Origin: Octopus sinensis
Taxonomy: Eukaryota
DNA length: 64,000 bases
Direction: 5' to 3'
Assembly: GCF_006345805.1 (NCBI RefSeq)
Contig: NC_043006.1
Location: 94,798,001 to 94,862,000, forward strand
The notes under the pieces are model-generated. The model ran no database searches and was not told the DNA's origin. It saw only the letters and a program-made list of their open reading frames with translations. The translations under genes and the position numbers were made by a program. Of this stretch, positions 62,160-64,000 are shown in pieces (within the stretch, counting starts at the first letter, position 1; every line of letters begins with the position of its first letter).

Positions 62160-64000
62160 AATGCTCGAGGGACAAATCACCGGGTTTGGATGGTCTACCC
62201 TACGAGCTTTACAATTGTATGCCAGACTTGTTTGGAGATCTCTTGGCGGCGGTGTACTGCAACTGGCAGCAAAACGGGAGCATTCCTGGTTTTGTGAGCC
62301 GAGGAGCCGTAACACTGCTGAAGAAAGATCTAAACAAGGGAAATGTAATAGATAACTTTAGGCCCATCACTCTGCTGAATGCAGACTTGAAAATTTTGGC
62401 CAAGGTGCTAGCCAAGAGGTTGGCGCTTGTCATCGATAAACTGGTCGACAAGGCGCAAACATGCGCCGTGCCGGGCCATCCATGACAACCTCCACCTGAT
62501 GCTACATCATAGACAGGGTAGTTAACGAACCTGGCATGGGTGGGGCGCTGATCAATTTGGATCAATCGAAAGCTTTCGATAGGGTGGACCATCGATGCTT
62601 GGAGGCGGTCCTCAGAGCGGCTGGCTTCGGTCCCGTCTTCCGCGGTTGGATAGCCGCTTTGTACAGAAGCATCCGTTCGGTAATTCGCGTGAATGGACAT
62701 CTATCGAGACCCTTCGACATCGCACGTTCGGTCTGTCAGGGATGCCCCTCTCGTCGCTTCTATACGTATTGACTCTTGAGCCATTATTGCGGAAGCTGGC
62801 AACTTTGAGGGGCATCCCGCGAGAACTGGGATGCGGGACGAGCGTGTCTGCATACGCGGACGACGTCACCGTCATAGTGTCTAGCCACGAGCACATCGAG
62901 CAGGTCGGCGAGACACTGAAAAACTATGAAGCGGTGACAGGAGCGAAAATCAACCGGGAAAAGTCAGTGGGCTCGCGACTAGGCACCTGGAGAAGCAAGC
63001 CCATGCCGTCCACCAGCGCCTCCGTCGTGGGACGCTGGACCCGGTTGAGTTGCTCGGGGTCTGGTTTGGTCCGGACCTCCAAGTGGAGAAGAACTGGAAC
63101 GAGATAACGAGTAGGGTGGTCACTCTCGCCCGGCAATGGGCCGAGAGGAAACTGTCCCTAAAAGGTCGGGCGGAGGTGGCGAACACGTACATCGCGTCCG
63201 TCATCTACTACCGCCTGACCGTCGTGCCTTGTCCCGACCCTACCATCACCAAACTACAACGCATTCTCTTTCGCTTCTTGTGGAATGGATGCGTCCCGAT
63301 GGTCAGGCGATCCATTTGCTGTCAACACCCGTTAAAAGGAGGACTGGGCATGCCGTGGTTGATGATGCGCAGACATGCGCTGAGACTGCGACATTTCAGG
63401 CTCTTCGTAGACGACGGTGAACAGGTGTGGTCGCCGTTTGTGAGGCACGCTTTCCCGCAGCTCGTCTCCATGACCGAATTGCAGTCGTAGATCAAAAAGA
63501 GGCCGAGGAAGGGCGAATGGCACCGCGAGTGTCGCGTTGCTCTCAAGCAACTCTGCCGTCCTGGGTCGACCTTGAGTGACTTCAACACAACCAAAGCATT
63601 CTATAGGGGATTAGTGGAGGGGAGGTACGACGACGAGCTCGGGGCGAACCTGGACGTCGACGAACTCGGGGCGAACCTAGACGTCGACGAGGAGTACCTG
63701 ACCCGCCTGTTCAGGACGACTTTCGGGCCAGGGCCCATGGACAACTTCTAGAGATCCCTGGCCTGGCAGTGCTACCGAGAAGCGCTACCCGTTCGGGATA
63801 AGCTCTACAGACACGGCTCGAGAAACACGGGGCCGACCTGCCCGAGATGCGGTCAGAGCGACGAAACCGTTCTGCACGCACTCGTGCAGTGTCCAACAAT
63901 TTCCGACCTGTGGGCTTGTGTCGAACAACTGCTGTCACGTGTGGGACGAGTCGGTTTATCAGCTGAGTCTATCGTCAATATTGTCACGCCTATTTCCTTC
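62160..64000 (+). mobile_element. 5'-truncated Tx1-like LINE ORF2 (RT to zinc finger), runs off the window
   Basis: [57 protein letters not shown]; paralogous to 22850-24620; 27-bp tandem duplication at 63634-63687. Confidence 0.92.

Overview
Eukaryotic, extremely microsatellite-rich genomic DNA. The SINE families and repeat landscape suggest an octopod cephalopod (inference, not verified). I recognise no intact host protein-coding gene, rRNA, true tRNA or CRISPR array; almost all long ORFs are decayed transposon ORFs or microsatellite translations. Main contents: a 5'-truncated CR1/L2-type LINE (6.4-9.9 kb, -); a near full-length decayed Tx1/L1-clade LINE (19.4-25.2 kb, +) plus two further Tx1 pieces; four R4/Dong-type restriction-like-endonuclease retrotransposon pieces sitting in (ATT)n arrays and one other RLE remnant; an RTE 3' fragment; Penelope-like GIY-YIG fragments; three non-autonomous mariner derivatives; two Helitron-like elements; about 20 tRNA-derived SINE copies. 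Best hunt results: (1) minimal type I hammerhead-ribozyme motifs, two of them duplicated as outward-facing pairs inside near-perfect palindromes; (2) (TAA)n arrays acting as a shared, strand-polarised landing pad for several retroelement families, including a non-coding, variably 5'-truncated family with a SECIS-like terminal hairpin; (3) a LINE and the dominant SINE sharing a 3' tail with a sequence-divergent but structure-preserving hairpin. SINE boundaries are approximate (+/-20 bp), and all identity estimates are by eye.
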